32,000 nt of DNA from Candidatus Saccharimonadota bacterium (GCA_049296095.1 JBAQRV010000001.1:210001-242000), one strand, 5' to 3'. Counted from the first letter of the stretch, positions 9,071-16,960 are shown. The notes: a model not told the origin generated them from the sequence alone. A program made the numbers and translations.

Positions 9071-9100
9071 TTGCTAAAACGGACTCTTATCTGTTATAAT
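9071..9100 (+). promoter_or_regulatory. candidate rplK promoter (TTGCTA, 18-nt spacer, TATAAT)
   Basis: TTGCTA at 9071-9076 and TATAAT at 9095-9100, giving a leader of about 75 nt before ATG 9183. Confidence 0.5.
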
Positions 9101-9113
9101 ACTCGGGTTACGC

Positions 9114-9165
9114 ACTAAATAAAGCTTTCATTTTTCTGAAAGTGCTTCGCAATTATTTATTTAGT
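9114..9165 (+). promoter_or_regulatory. structured rplK 5' leader (nested helices)
   Basis: ACTAAATAA (9114-9122) pairs with TTATTTAGT (9157-9165). This encloses CTTTCA (9125-9130) / TGAAAG (9137-9142). The region is AT-rich, so significance is modest. Confidence 0.3.
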
Positions 9166-9182
9166 ACAAGAAAGAAAATACT

Positions 9183-9608
9183 ATGGCAAAGAAAATTATC
9201 GGAAATCTTAAACTTCGTATTCCCGCTGGTCGTGCGACTGCAGGTCCTCCTGTTGGTTCTACGCTCGGTCAATGGGGTCTGAACATGATGGACTTTATTA
9301 ACCCGTTCAACGAAGGCACCAAAGACCTCATGGGCAAGGACGTCATTGTTCACATCCAGGTGTTCGAAGATCGAACATTTACCTGGAACTCCCTCGGACA
9401 GCCAGTTGATGACATGATTCGCGAACGCGCCAACATCAAAAAGGGCAGCGCCAAGTCTCACGTCGACAAAGTAGGCAAGATTACTCGTGCTCAGCTCGAG
9501 GAAATCGCTGAGATCAAGAAAGATCAACTCAACGCAATCGACATGGACGGCCGCGTCAAGGTTATCGCCGGCACCGCTCGTTCTATGGGCGTCGAAGTCG
9601 TCGCTTAA
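9183..9608 (+). CDS. rplK: 50S ribosomal protein L11
   Basis: MAKKIIGNLKLRIPAGRATAGPPVGSTLGQWGLNMMDFINPFNE... is a canonical L11 N-terminal domain. Confidence 0.95.
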   Translation: MAKKIIGNLKLRIPAGRATAGPPVGSTLGQWGLNMMDFINPFNEGTKDLMGKDVIVHIQVFEDRTFTWNSLGQPVDDMIRERANIKKGSAKSHVDKVGKITRAQLEEIAEIKKDQLNAIDMDGRVKVIAGTARSMGVEVVA

Positions 9609-9623
9609 GCAAGCCTTCGTATT

Positions 9624-9650
9624 AAAAAGATGCCGTTATGGCATCTTTTT
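9624..9650. terminator. bidirectional intrinsic terminator between rplK and the antisense small gene
   Basis: AAAAAGATGCC (9624-9634), loop GTTAT, GGCATCTTTTT (9640-9650). The A-run and T-run flank the stem, so it can work on both strands. Confidence 0.7.
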
Positions 9651-9867
9651 ATATTGTAAATCTCTTGCCATAAGCCAAGACTGCCGTAGGATTATCCTCT
9701 AGCCACTGCAAGGGAGTGGTATGTAGTGATGCATGTTCTGTTGTCCACCAAAGGTCTATCCCCTCCTTATTAAAGCGTTGTGCCAGCATATTAGACACTA
9801 GCTCGAATACCTCAACATCAGTCAGTTGCTCTTTCTCATGGTCAGTTACTGTCAGCTTTTCATTCAT
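9649..9867 (-). CDS. small protein (72 aa), possibly DUF2384 / Xre-MbcA-ParS-type antitoxin C-terminal domain-like
   Basis: WWTTEHASLHTTPLQWLEDNPTAVLAYGKR resembles the W...L...P..(W/L)L......V..L pattern of DUF2384, recalled from memory and not computed. A TATACT -10 box (complement of 9874-9879) lies 6 nt before the ATG. Confidence 0.45.
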   Translation of the reverse strand: MNEKLTVTDHEKEQLTDVEVFELVSNMLAQRFNKEGIDLWWTTEHASLHTTPLQWLEDNPTAVLAYGKRFTI

Positions 9868-9894
9868 ATCGATAGTATATCGTATACAACAGCT

Positions 9895-9923
9895 TTGATT
9901 TGTTGTGATTTTGTGCTATAATA
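9895..9923 (+). promoter_or_regulatory. dedicated rplA promoter (TTGATT, 17-nt spacer with TGc, TATAAT)
   Basis: TTGATT at 9895-9900, TGc at 9915-9917, TATAAT at 9918-9923, giving a leader of about 60 nt to ATG 9991. Confidence 0.55.
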
Positions 9924-9990
9924 AAGAGGTACTAATCAATGTTGGGAGGCCGTCAAACAGCCGTTTGCACCACAGAAAGGATTCATAACT

Positions 9991-10986
9991 ATGGCAAAGA
10001 AAGCCGAGTTACTTGAAGCAGCTAAAAAGCTTGGTCTAGAACTGACCGAGAAGAACACTATTAAAGAAATTGAGGAAGCGATCCAGGCAACTGGAACTAC
10101 TGTCGCCGCTGAAGAGCTGGCCGTGCTAGAAGATACTCCTGTCGCCAAAGCTGGTAAGCGAAGTGCCAAGGCGCTGGCTGAAGCTGAAGCTAAGGTAGAA
10201 AAAGAGATCCGTAAAGAGACAGGTGATAAAACACCAGTCGATGAAGAGGGTCACGCTATTGTCAAGAAAGGCCCACGCCCTGTCACTCGTCCTCTCATCG
10301 AGCGTCGTGGTAAAAGTTACCGTAAGGTTGCTGAGAAGGTCGAAGCTGACAAGCTCTACAGTTTGAGCGATGCGATCGCTCTTGCGGTCGAGACTAACCC
10401 GAGCAAGTTTGACGCTAGCGTTGAAGCGCACGTTCGTTTGAATGTTGATCCTCGTCAAGCTGACCAGAACATCCGTGCGACAGTTTCGCTACCAAACGGA
10501 ACTGGTAAAACTATCCGAGTTGCCGTCTTTGCCCCTGAGACAGACCACAAAGCCGTTATGGCTGCTGGTGCTGACGTTGTCGGTGACGAAACTTTCCTGG
10601 CACAGCTCGACAAAGAAGTCATCGACTTCGACGTCCTGATCGCGACACCACAGTACATGCCACGCCTCGGTAAGTACGCTCGTCTTCTTGGTCCACGTGG
10701 CCTGATGCCAAACCCGAAGGCTGGTACCGTTGCAACTGACGTTGCAAAGGCAACCACTGAAGCCAAAGCTGGTAAGGTTGAATACCGTGTCGATAAGCAA
10801 GCGATTGTTCACTTAAGTATTGGTAAGGTAAGCTTCGGCGCCGACAAGCTCAACGAGAACGCTAAAAGCTTCTTTGACAGCCTGACCACACAAAAGCCAA
10901 ACACCATCAAGGGTGGCTACGTGAAGTCAATCACTATCAGCACCACTATGGGTCCTGGTATTAAGGTTGAGAACTTTTTAAGCTAA
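9991..10986 (+). CDS. rplA: 50S ribosomal protein L1 with a roughly 100-aa N-terminal extension
   Basis: From about residue 105, GKSYRKVAEKVEADKLYSLSDAIALAVE...DQNIRATVSLPNGTGKTIRVAVFA...LGPRGLMPNPKAGTV...ISTTMGPGIKV aligns with canonical L1 (about 230 aa). There is no in-frame ATG between codon 1 and about codon 190, and AAAGGA lies upstream of 9991. Confidence 0.95.
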   Translation: MAKKAELLEAAKKLGLELTEKNTIKEIEEAIQATGTTVAAEELAVLEDTPVAKAGKRSAKALAEAEAKVEKEIRKETGDKTPVDEEGHAIVKKGPRPVTRPLIERRGKSYRKVAEKVEADKLYSLSDAIALAVETNPSKFDASVEAHVRLNVDPRQADQNIRATVSLPNGTGKTIRVAVFAPETDHKAVMAAGADVVGDETFLAQLDKEVIDFDVLIATPQYMPRLGKYARLLGPRGLMPNPKAGTVATDVAKATTEAKAGKVEYRVDKQAIVHLSIGKVSFGADKLNENAKSFFDSLTTQKPNTIKGGYVKSITISTTMGPGIKVENFLS

Positions 10987-11010
10987 CCGGATTGCTTTAA
11001 GAGCCAAATT

Positions 11011-11041
11011 AAAAATCCTCGCCGTGTAGGCGAGGATTTTT
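11011..11041. terminator. bidirectional intrinsic terminator after rplA and after the convergent 11042..11722 gene
   Basis: AAAAATCCTCGCC (11011-11023), loop GTGTA, GGCGAGGATTTTT (11029-11041): a perfect 13-bp stem including the A and T runs. Confidence 0.8.
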
Positions 11042-11722
11042 CTATGAAACTTTTTCAAGAGACGAGGTATCGAAAGGATGCTTAAGCATTTGAACCAAAC
11101 GCAAGGCACCTTTTCCCATCGGAGTTGTTAATAAACGATCCATTTTTTTGATCCGAGGAGTAGTTTCAACCATACTACCATCTAGCTCATGTGGCGAAAC
11201 ACTTTGATGAATCAGGCGATCTCCTAATATTCGCTCAGATGACGAAACCAATTCGGGGCTCTGTTCATGGATAAGGGAAAGAAGTTCATTGATAATTCGT
11301 TGATTGTCTTTATTTTCCTCAACCACCGATCGGTGGGCTTCTAGCACTTTGCCATCAATAACCGTACGTAAATAACTTGTTAGATTTTCGACAGGAGTTA
11401 CATTATCTACTTGAGGCACCACCAGGTCACCACGCGCCTGATCTTGTGATGCAATTTCAACTAATCGATACATTTGTGTCTGTAAGGTGTCGATACTGTC
11501 AGTCGCTACCCGAACCTCAACAATGTCGGCAACTTTCCTCCTAATGAATCCCTCAGCAGGTGCGTGCATAGCTCCATCAGTACCAGGATTGTGATCAGGG
11601 TATTTGTCTGAAAAGTGAAACCCATCGATTGTAACCGCTGACTGTGGCGGTCCAGCGTAGAATGTCGGCCGCTCAAAACTAGCCGCGTCTCTTGATTGCG
11701 TTTCTAGCTTGCTTGCTGACAT
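11042..11722 (-). CDS. hypothetical protein (226 aa)
   Basis: AAGGAG lies 6 nt upstream of the ATG on the reverse strand. No motif recognised. Confidence 0.55.
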   Translation of the reverse strand: MSASKLETQSRDAASFERPTFYAGPPQSAVTIDGFHFSDKYPDHNPGTDGAMHAPAEGFIRRKVADIVEVRVATDSIDTLQTQMYRLVEIASQDQARGDLVVPQVDNVTPVENLTSYLRTVIDGKVLEAHRSVVEENKDNQRIINELLSLIHEQSPELVSSSERILGDRLIHQSVSPHELDGSMVETTPRIKKMDRLLTTPMGKGALRLVQMLKHPFDTSSLEKVS

Positions 11723-11928
11723 ATCGTGCTCCTTGTACTTTTTGCTTCTGTTGTCGATAAGTGCGTTGTTTGTTTAGTGAAATAACGTCGCTTGATTCCA
11801 GTGTAGCACAAGCATAATCAGTTGTTGTCAAAATAATTGCATTTTATAGAGGGGGTCACTTTTCATTTATTGTGATTGTCTTAGCGATATGCAATGATAA
11901 GCTTATACATCTCTTGGGGAGGAGAATT

Positions 11929-12846
11929 ATGAAACAATACTTGGATTTGCTACGCGATATCAAACAAAATGGGACGATTAAAACTGACCGCACAGGTACC
12001 GGCACAAAAAGTGTCTTTGGTCGACAGCTTCGTTTTGATTTAAAAGAAGGATTCCCCGCAACCACAACAAAACGACTATTCTTCCGTGGTGTCGTGCATG
12101 AATTACTTTGGTTTTTGGCAGGGGACAGTAACATTAAGTACCTCGTTGATAATGACGTTCACATCTGGACGGAATGGCCATTCAAGGCGTACCTCGTCGC
12201 CACTAACCAGAAGGTTCCAGAACCAAATTCTGATGAATGGAACAAGAAAATGGCAGACTTTACTGAGAAAATTAAAACTGATGATGCATTTGCGAAACAA
12301 TATGGACATCTTGGTCCCGTCTATGGCTACCAATGGCGCCACTGGCCTGACGGGCAGGGTGGCGAAATTGACCAAATAACTGAGGTAATTGATGCAATCA
12401 AAAACACACCAGATTCTCGTAGAATGATCGTCAGCGCCTGGAACGTGGCAGATATTAAAGAAATGGCTAAATCAGGATTACCACCATGCCACTCCCTCTT
12501 TCAGTTCTATGTTGCCGATGGAAAGCTTAGTTGCCAGCTCTACCAGCGGAGCGCTGACACCTTCCTTGGTGTACCGTTCAATATTGCTTCTTACGCACTA
12601 TTGACGCAAATGATCGCTCACGTCACAGGCCTAGAAGTCGGTGAGTTCGTCCATAGCTTCGGCGATACGCATATCTACTTAAACCACCTCGAACAAGTAG
12701 ATAAACAACTCGCGCGCGAGCCAAAAGCGCTTCCTAAACTAAGGTTAAATCCTGATATAAAATCAATCTTTGACTTCACTGTCGATGATATCGAGCTACT
12801 GGACTACAACCCAGATCCCGGCATCAAAGCACCGATTGCCGTCTAG
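11929..12846 (+). CDS. thyA: thymidylate synthase ThyA (long form, 305 aa)
   Basis: [31 protein letters not shown]...[30 protein letters not shown]...[26 protein letters not shown]. The start at 11929 has GGGGAGGAG upstream. The track's start at 11872 would add 19 unconserved residues. Confidence 0.95.
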   Translation: MKQYLDLLRDIKQNGTIKTDRTGTGTKSVFGRQLRFDLKEGFPATTTKRLFFRGVVHELLWFLAGDSNIKYLVDNDVHIWTEWPFKAYLVATNQKVPEPNSDEWNKKMADFTEKIKTDDAFAKQYGHLGPVYGYQWRHWPDGQGGEIDQITEVIDAIKNTPDSRRMIVSAWNVADIKEMAKSGLPPCHSLFQFYVADGKLSCQLYQRSADTFLGVPFNIASYALLTQMIAHVTGLEVGEFVHSFGDTHIYLNHLEQVDKQLAREPKALPKLRLNPDIKSIFDFTVDDIELLDYNPDPGIKAPIAV

Positions 12847-13328
12847 CGACGAACGTAAGTGACGAAATCAAAGGCGTATTTGTTAAATTCATCAGGGTCA
12901 TGATGCTCACGAGCCGTTTCAAGCCATAGGTCTGGATTAATCGGCGGAAAGAAGACGGTCGCATTGTCGAATGTCGCATCAACTTCGGTTGCTAAGATAA
13001 CATCCGCACTATCGAGTGTTTGCTCGTAAATCTGAGCACCGCCAATAATAAAGACTTGTGAATCGGTTGCAATGGCGTAGGCCTCCTCAATACTTGGCAC
13101 GACACCGATCCCTTGGACTGGTTCCATTGAACGACTAACAACAATATTCTGACGGTTCGGCAAGGGGCGCCCAATCGACTCAAACGTCTTTCGCCCCATG
13201 ATAATAGAATGACCTGTTGTCAGCTCTTTAAAGTGCTGCAGGTCTGCCGGAAGGTCTCGTTGCCACAACAAATCGTTGTCGGCACCGATGCCTCTTTTCT
13301 TATCATAAGCAACAATAATTGATTTCAT
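12843..13328 (-). CDS. folA: dihydrofolate reductase
   Basis: [62 protein letters not shown]...[12 protein letters not shown] prefer the start at 13328 (the conserved DHFR N-terminus) over the track's 13379. Confidence 0.9.
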   Translation of the reverse strand: MKSIIVAYDKKRGIGADNDLLWQRDLPADLQHFKELTTGHSIIMGRKTFESIGRPLPNRQNIVVSRSMEPVQGIGVVPSIEEAYAIATDSQVFIIGGAQIYEQTLDSADVILATEVDATFDNATVFFPPINPDLWLETAREHHDPDEFNKYAFDFVTYVRR

Positions 13329-13377
13329 CTGTACCCATCTTAACATGGTACAATCAAAGTAATACAAGGGGAGAATC

Positions 13378-14097
13378 ATGAGCGTCTATAGCAATACCGA
13401 TATTTTTAAAGCTATTAAAGACGGCACCATTGTCTGCGTGCCATACAACAAGGATCACGTGTCCGAAGCCAGTCTTGACTTCACACTGGGCCATTATTTT
13501 TATAAGCAAGAATATTCTGAACAAGCAAAAGTCTACAATCCTTTTGATAAAAGTGACGTTGACCGTTATTTCAAAGGCCCGCTCGAAGCCATGCCACACA
13601 AGCAGTGGTGTGAAGAAAATGGCTATGCGCTGTTTGACAATATTCCAGAGGATCATCCAATTATCGTCCTAAGGCCTGGTGAGCGCATCCTTGCCCACAC
13701 TCATGAATTTGTGGGTATCCGCCCTGAAGGTGGCGCGTCCGAGGTAAAATCTCGTAGTAGCTGGGGGCGCAATGGTGTCGCCGTCTGTTTTGATGCTGGT
13801 TGGATCGACCCGGGCTATATTAACCGCATCACCCTTGAGATCTATAACCTCAATCAACACGAATCAGTCGTACTACCAGTGGGTGAGCGTATCGGTCAAT
13901 TGATTTTTCACAAAACTGGCCCCGTTGAAGGTGACTACAGTAATGGACGAAAGGGGATGAGCGGTAAGTACCAGCATACCTCAAATCTTGATGAATTGAT
14001 CGCCACCTGGACACCTGACGCGATGCTACCTCGTGCCTGGAAAGACAAGCGCCGAGTTGCGCCTGTTATCCCAGGACTTGGAAAGGGAATGAAGTAG
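13378..14097 (+). CDS. dcd: dCTP deaminase family protein (long form; possibly a bifunctional dCTP deaminase/dUTPase)
   Basis: It aligns with Dcd: DIFKAIKDGTI..., LRPGERILAHTHEFVG, SRSSWGRNGV, DAGWIDPGYINRITLEIYN (catalytic Glu retained) and GERIGQLIF. AAGGGGAG SD at 13366-13373. Confidence 0.75.
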   Translation: MSVYSNTDIFKAIKDGTIVCVPYNKDHVSEASLDFTLGHYFYKQEYSEQAKVYNPFDKSDVDRYFKGPLEAMPHKQWCEENGYALFDNIPEDHPIIVLRPGERILAHTHEFVGIRPEGGASEVKSRSSWGRNGVAVCFDAGWIDPGYINRITLEIYNLNQHESVVLPVGERIGQLIFHKTGPVEGDYSNGRKGMSGKYQHTSNLDELIATWTPDAMLPRAWKDKRRVAPVIPGLGKGMK

Positions 14098-14768
14098 TGG
14101 GACTATTCGTTGCCATTGAAGGTGGTGACGGTTCCGGTAAGGGTACACAAAGCAAGATACTCGCCGAATACGCTAAAGACACCCTCAAAAAGAATGTTCT
14201 GGTCATCTCATTTCCGCAACACGGCGAGTTCTCGTCTTATTATGCCGACCAATATTTAAATGGCGCTTACGGCGCAAACGATACCATTCACCCCGATCTC
14301 TCCAGCCTGCCATATGCACTCGACCGTTTTGCTGCGAGTGACAAGATTCGCAAAGTCCTCAATGACCCGAACGGCTTTGTTATCGCCGACCGTTACGTTG
14401 CCTCAAACCTTGCGCACCAGGGCGCTAAACTTCCTGATGAAAAAGAACGCCAAGAATACTATGACCGGATGATGCGCACTGAGTATGAAGTCCTCGGCAT
14501 TCCCAAACCTGACATTAATATTATTCTTCTGGTTCACCCGCATGTCTCGCAGAAAAATGTCGATAAAAAAGACGCACGTGCCTATACAACAATGAAACGA
14601 GATATCCTTGAAGCTGATGCCAATCATCTTGAACTCGCTAAGGCAAATTACGAGGAGCTGACTCGGTTGTATCCAGAAGCTTTCAAGGCGATCGATTGCA
14701 TGGAAGATAGGGAGACGATGCGATCAATTGAATCTATCCAACAAGATATTCGACGTCTCATAATGTAG
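14097..14768 (+). CDS. tmk: thymidylate kinase
   Basis: FVAIEGGDGSGKGTQ P-loop, DRY-type motif (ADRYVASNLAHQ). The GTG start shares one nt with the dcd TAG stop. Confidence 0.9.
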   Translation: MGLFVAIEGGDGSGKGTQSKILAEYAKDTLKKNVLVISFPQHGEFSSYYADQYLNGAYGANDTIHPDLSSLPYALDRFAASDKIRKVLNDPNGFVIADRYVASNLAHQGAKLPDEKERQEYYDRMMRTEYEVLGIPKPDINIILLVHPHVSQKNVDKKDARAYTTMKRDILEADANHLELAKANYEELTRLYPEAFKAIDCMEDRETMRSIESIQQDIRRLIM

Positions 14769-14770
14769 CG

Positions 14771-15805
14771 TTAGCTCTTACGTTTGATCTCTTTTGCAAG
14801 CGAGCCACTCACAAATAACATGCCTTCAAACTCTTCGCTCAGAGATGGACCATGCTCGGTAGAATGGGGAATGGCCCGCACATAAGTCCCGTAGGAAATA
14901 TTTTGAAGATTAACGACACGGTCCAACCCAGGTAGAGTAACTTTATTTTCCTTCACACCATGAAATTCAGGGTAGAGGGGTGCAACAAAGGGATTAGTGC
15001 TCTCCATAACTTGCATAACAACGTCGTTATACTCAATCTCAATAAGTGGCCTTTTGACAATCAAAAGGGGGGACTGTTTTTTTACTTCCTGATGGTGACG
15101 CGCTGCATCCAGAGCAAGTGCGAGTGAATCATAGGTCTGGTGCGTTCCCTTGACTGCATGCTCCCCCGGCCGTACATCTGGCTGTTCGTTGAGGATACGA
15201 TACCTGATACCATGATCATCTAACTCTTTGATTATTCTCTGAAAGTTGATCGTTGCAGCCTTCTTTACAGCCATCACATTAAAAGGATTCGTATATTGCA
15301 TACCCCCGACCGCCTCCATCTGAGGATATGTACTGAGTAGATTGAGGGTATCAAAGAAAGATGGGATACCCGTGCGGTATCTAATAGCAGTACCTCGAAG
15401 TTCGTCGGTCCATTTCTTGGGGTCTTCAGCTACGGCAAAGCGCAAACGGTTAAGACCCTCTGCACTCTTTGTACATCGACGCATATGAAACTCTTCAATC
15501 TCAGACTCAACAAGCTTTTGGGATTTTTCACCGAGGTTTGTGTTTTTGACTCTTTGACGGAAGCGATCGAGCATAAATTTCTTAGCACCGTTAAAATAAT
15601 CGATACCCTCGCTTGTTTGAAGGTTGAATGGATCACCAGGTGTAGGCGAGTAAGGATTGATCTCGTATGGTAATTTATTAACCACTAGCGGGGCATCAAG
15701 CGTTGGATCGCCCTCGAAACCATCAAAGAAATTAATACGCATACCTTTTCCGGTAGCATGTTCAACGTAGCCGGTTTCAGCAGATCGATCGTGTGCATCA
15801 CTCAT
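14771..15805 (-). CDS. hypothetical protein (344 aa)
   Basis: Long clean ORF with a TGgTATAAT -10 box (complement of 15816-15824) 10 nt before the ATG. No motif recognised. Confidence 0.6.
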   Translation of the reverse strand: MSDAHDRSAETGYVEHATGKGMRINFFDGFEGDPTLDAPLVVNKLPYEINPYSPTPGDPFNLQTSEGIDYFNGAKKFMLDRFRQRVKNTNLGEKSQKLVESEIEEFHMRRCTKSAEGLNRLRFAVAEDPKKWTDELRGTAIRYRTGIPSFFDTLNLLSTYPQMEAVGGMQYTNPFNVMAVKKAATINFQRIIKELDDHGIRYRILNEQPDVRPGEHAVKGTHQTYDSLALALDAARHHQEVKKQSPLLIVKRPLIEIEYNDVVMQVMESTNPFVAPLYPEFHGVKENKVTLPGLDRVVNLQNISYGTYVRAIPHSTEHGPSLSEEFEGMLFVSGSLAKEIKRKS

Positions 15806-15866
15806 AATTATCCATATTATACCACCGTTTTAAATCGAAGTCTATATTCCCACAGAGGTGAAACGA

Positions 15867-15887
15867 GCCTTGTCGCAATGACAAGGC
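15867..15887 (-). other. GC-rich hairpin (8-bp stem, 5-nt loop)
   Basis: GCCTTGTC (15867-15874) pairs with GACAAGGC (15880-15887). Confidence 0.4.
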
Positions 15888-15911
15888 CCCAATGAAAGAA
15901 GAGGTAGGAGT

Positions 15912-15936
15912 GGGGGTCTCGACGCTGAGAACCCCC
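15912..15936 (-). terminator. GC-rich hairpin 7 nt downstream of the small-ORF stop (candidate terminator on the minus strand)
   Basis: GGGGGTCTC (15912-15920) pairs with GAGaACCCCC (15927-15936): 9 bp with one bulged A. On the minus strand it is followed by a pyrimidine/T-rich stretch. Confidence 0.35.
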
Positions 15937-15943
15937 GCTCGGT

Positions 15944-16066
15944 CTACTTGGTCACCGGAGGCGACGTGCTGGGGCGGTCTTCTTCGACTGCCTTTGCACC
16001 CCCAAGTATGGAGTTAGATGAGCTCGATCTTCCGTTGATCATCCCGAGCCAGTCTTCGTCTGCCAT
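15944..16066 (-). CDS. candidate small ORF (40 aa): MADEDWLGMINGRSSSSNSILGGAKAVEEDRPSTSPPVTK
   Basis: It is below the ORF-track length cutoff and was found by hand. AGAGGA lies 6 nt upstream of the ATG, a TGgTATATA -10-like box lies further upstream (complement of about 16113-16122), and two hairpins lie downstream. Low-complexity composition makes coding status uncertain. Confidence 0.25.
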   Translation of the reverse strand: MADEDWLGMINGRSSSSNSILGGAKAVEEDRPSTSPPVTK

Positions 16067-16169
16067 ATGGTTTCCTCTATTCTCTCACTGCTCAACTTGT
16101 GGTTGAGGCAATTACTTGTTATATACCATTTCGCTTATATTTACCAGTAATCTCAGTCTGTCGGCTCTG

Positions 16170-16198
16170 TTGACTTATTTACCCCAATTAGCTATAAT
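16170..16198 (+). promoter_or_regulatory. rplJL promoter (TTGACT, 17-nt spacer, TATAAT)
   Basis: TTGACT at 16170-16175 and TATAAT at 16193-16198, near consensus. The leader to ATG 16399 is about 195 nt. Confidence 0.65.
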
Positions 16199-16212
16199 CA
16201 CCTCTAGACATA

Positions 16213-16326
16213 CCAAAGACAGTAGCCGCCGAGATGACATCAACGCTTAATCCGCTACCGAGGAACTGTAAAACATACATTTCTATTTAAGTCTTTGGCG
16301 ATGCGAGGTCCAAAGACTTTTTGTTT
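16213..16326 (+). promoter_or_regulatory. L10 (rplJ) leader with mutually exclusive helices and an intrinsic terminator (attenuator)
   Basis: CCAAAGAC occurs twice (16213-16220 and 16310-16317) and GTCTTTGG once (16291-16298). The 16289-16298/16310-16319 helix is followed by TTTTTGTTT, forming a terminator. The 16213-16220/16291-16298 helix excludes it. Confidence 0.6.
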
Positions 16327-16398
16327 CTCGCAAGTGCCAACAGGGCTGTCTAGCGACTTAACAATCTGGCCGAATGAATACTAACCAAGGAGATTTTT

Positions 16399-16923
16399 AT
16401 GGCAATTACCCGCGATAAAAAGAACGAATTGGTTGCTGAATTTAGTGAGCTATTGGCAGGCGCAAAGGCAACCGTCTTTGCTGCTTACAATGGCCTCAGC
16501 GTTGCTGATGTCCAAAAACTTCGTGCAGAAGCACGCGAAGCAGGTGTCGTGATCCGTGTGATCAAGAACCGCCTGGTTCGCGTAGCGATGAGCGAAGCCG
16601 AGGCTTATAAAAACACAGATGTCTCTGGACTAACCGGACAGCTTCTCTATGCAATGAGCATGGACGACGAAGTTGCACCCGCAAAGATCCTGAGTGCATT
16701 TGCAAAAAGTAATGACGCGCTTGTCATTGCAGGTGGTTTTTCTAACGAAGGTGCTCTATTGAGCGCTGACGAAGTTAAAGCACTCGCAACTCTACCAAGC
16801 AAGAACCAACTTATTGGCGAAGTCATTGCGCAACTGCTTTCACCGGTTCACGACATTACGAACGCGCTGTCTGGAAACTTACACGCGCTGCTCGATGGTG
16901 TCGAAGCCAAAGCAACCAGTTAA
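16399..16923 (+). CDS. rplJ: 50S ribosomal protein L10
   Basis: AAGGAG SD. KKNELVAEFSELLAGAKATVFAAYNGLSVADVQKLRAEAREAGVVIRVIKNRL is canonical L10. Confidence 0.95.
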   Translation: MAITRDKKNELVAEFSELLAGAKATVFAAYNGLSVADVQKLRAEAREAGVVIRVIKNRLVRVAMSEAEAYKNTDVSGLTGQLLYAMSMDDEVAPAKILSAFAKSNDALVIAGGFSNEGALLSADEVKALATLPSKNQLIGEVIAQLLSPVHDITNALSGNLHALLDGVEAKATS

Positions 16924-16960
16924 TACTTAACGAAACATTTACTATTAGAAGGAGTCAATT

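Noticed and set aside
11872-11928. The longer thyA start at 11872 given by the ORF track.
   Set aside because: The conserved ThyA N-terminus (MKQYLDLL...) begins at 11929 and has a strong GGGGAGGAG SD. The extra 19 residues are unconserved and overlap promoter-like sequence.
13329-13379. The longer folA start at 13379.
   Set aside because: The DHFR N-terminus ([15 protein letters not shown]) begins at 13328. The extension would overlap the dcd start and SD region.
15841-16070. A possible SRP RNA, tRNA or other known structured RNA in the long gap, suggested by a CCGGAGG-containing stretch and GC hairpins.
   Set aside because: I could not find the conserved SRP domain IV motif (GGAA tetraloop with flanking AGCA), any T-loop (GTTCGAATC-like) or a cloverleaf. 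I kept it only as an unexplained locus.
16590-16599. A 10-nt match (GAGCGAAGCC) to the second core, inside rplJ.
   Set aside because: A 10-mer match is expected by chance at this window size. It simply encodes Ser-Glu-Ala in a conserved part of L10, with no first core and no flanking inverted repeat.
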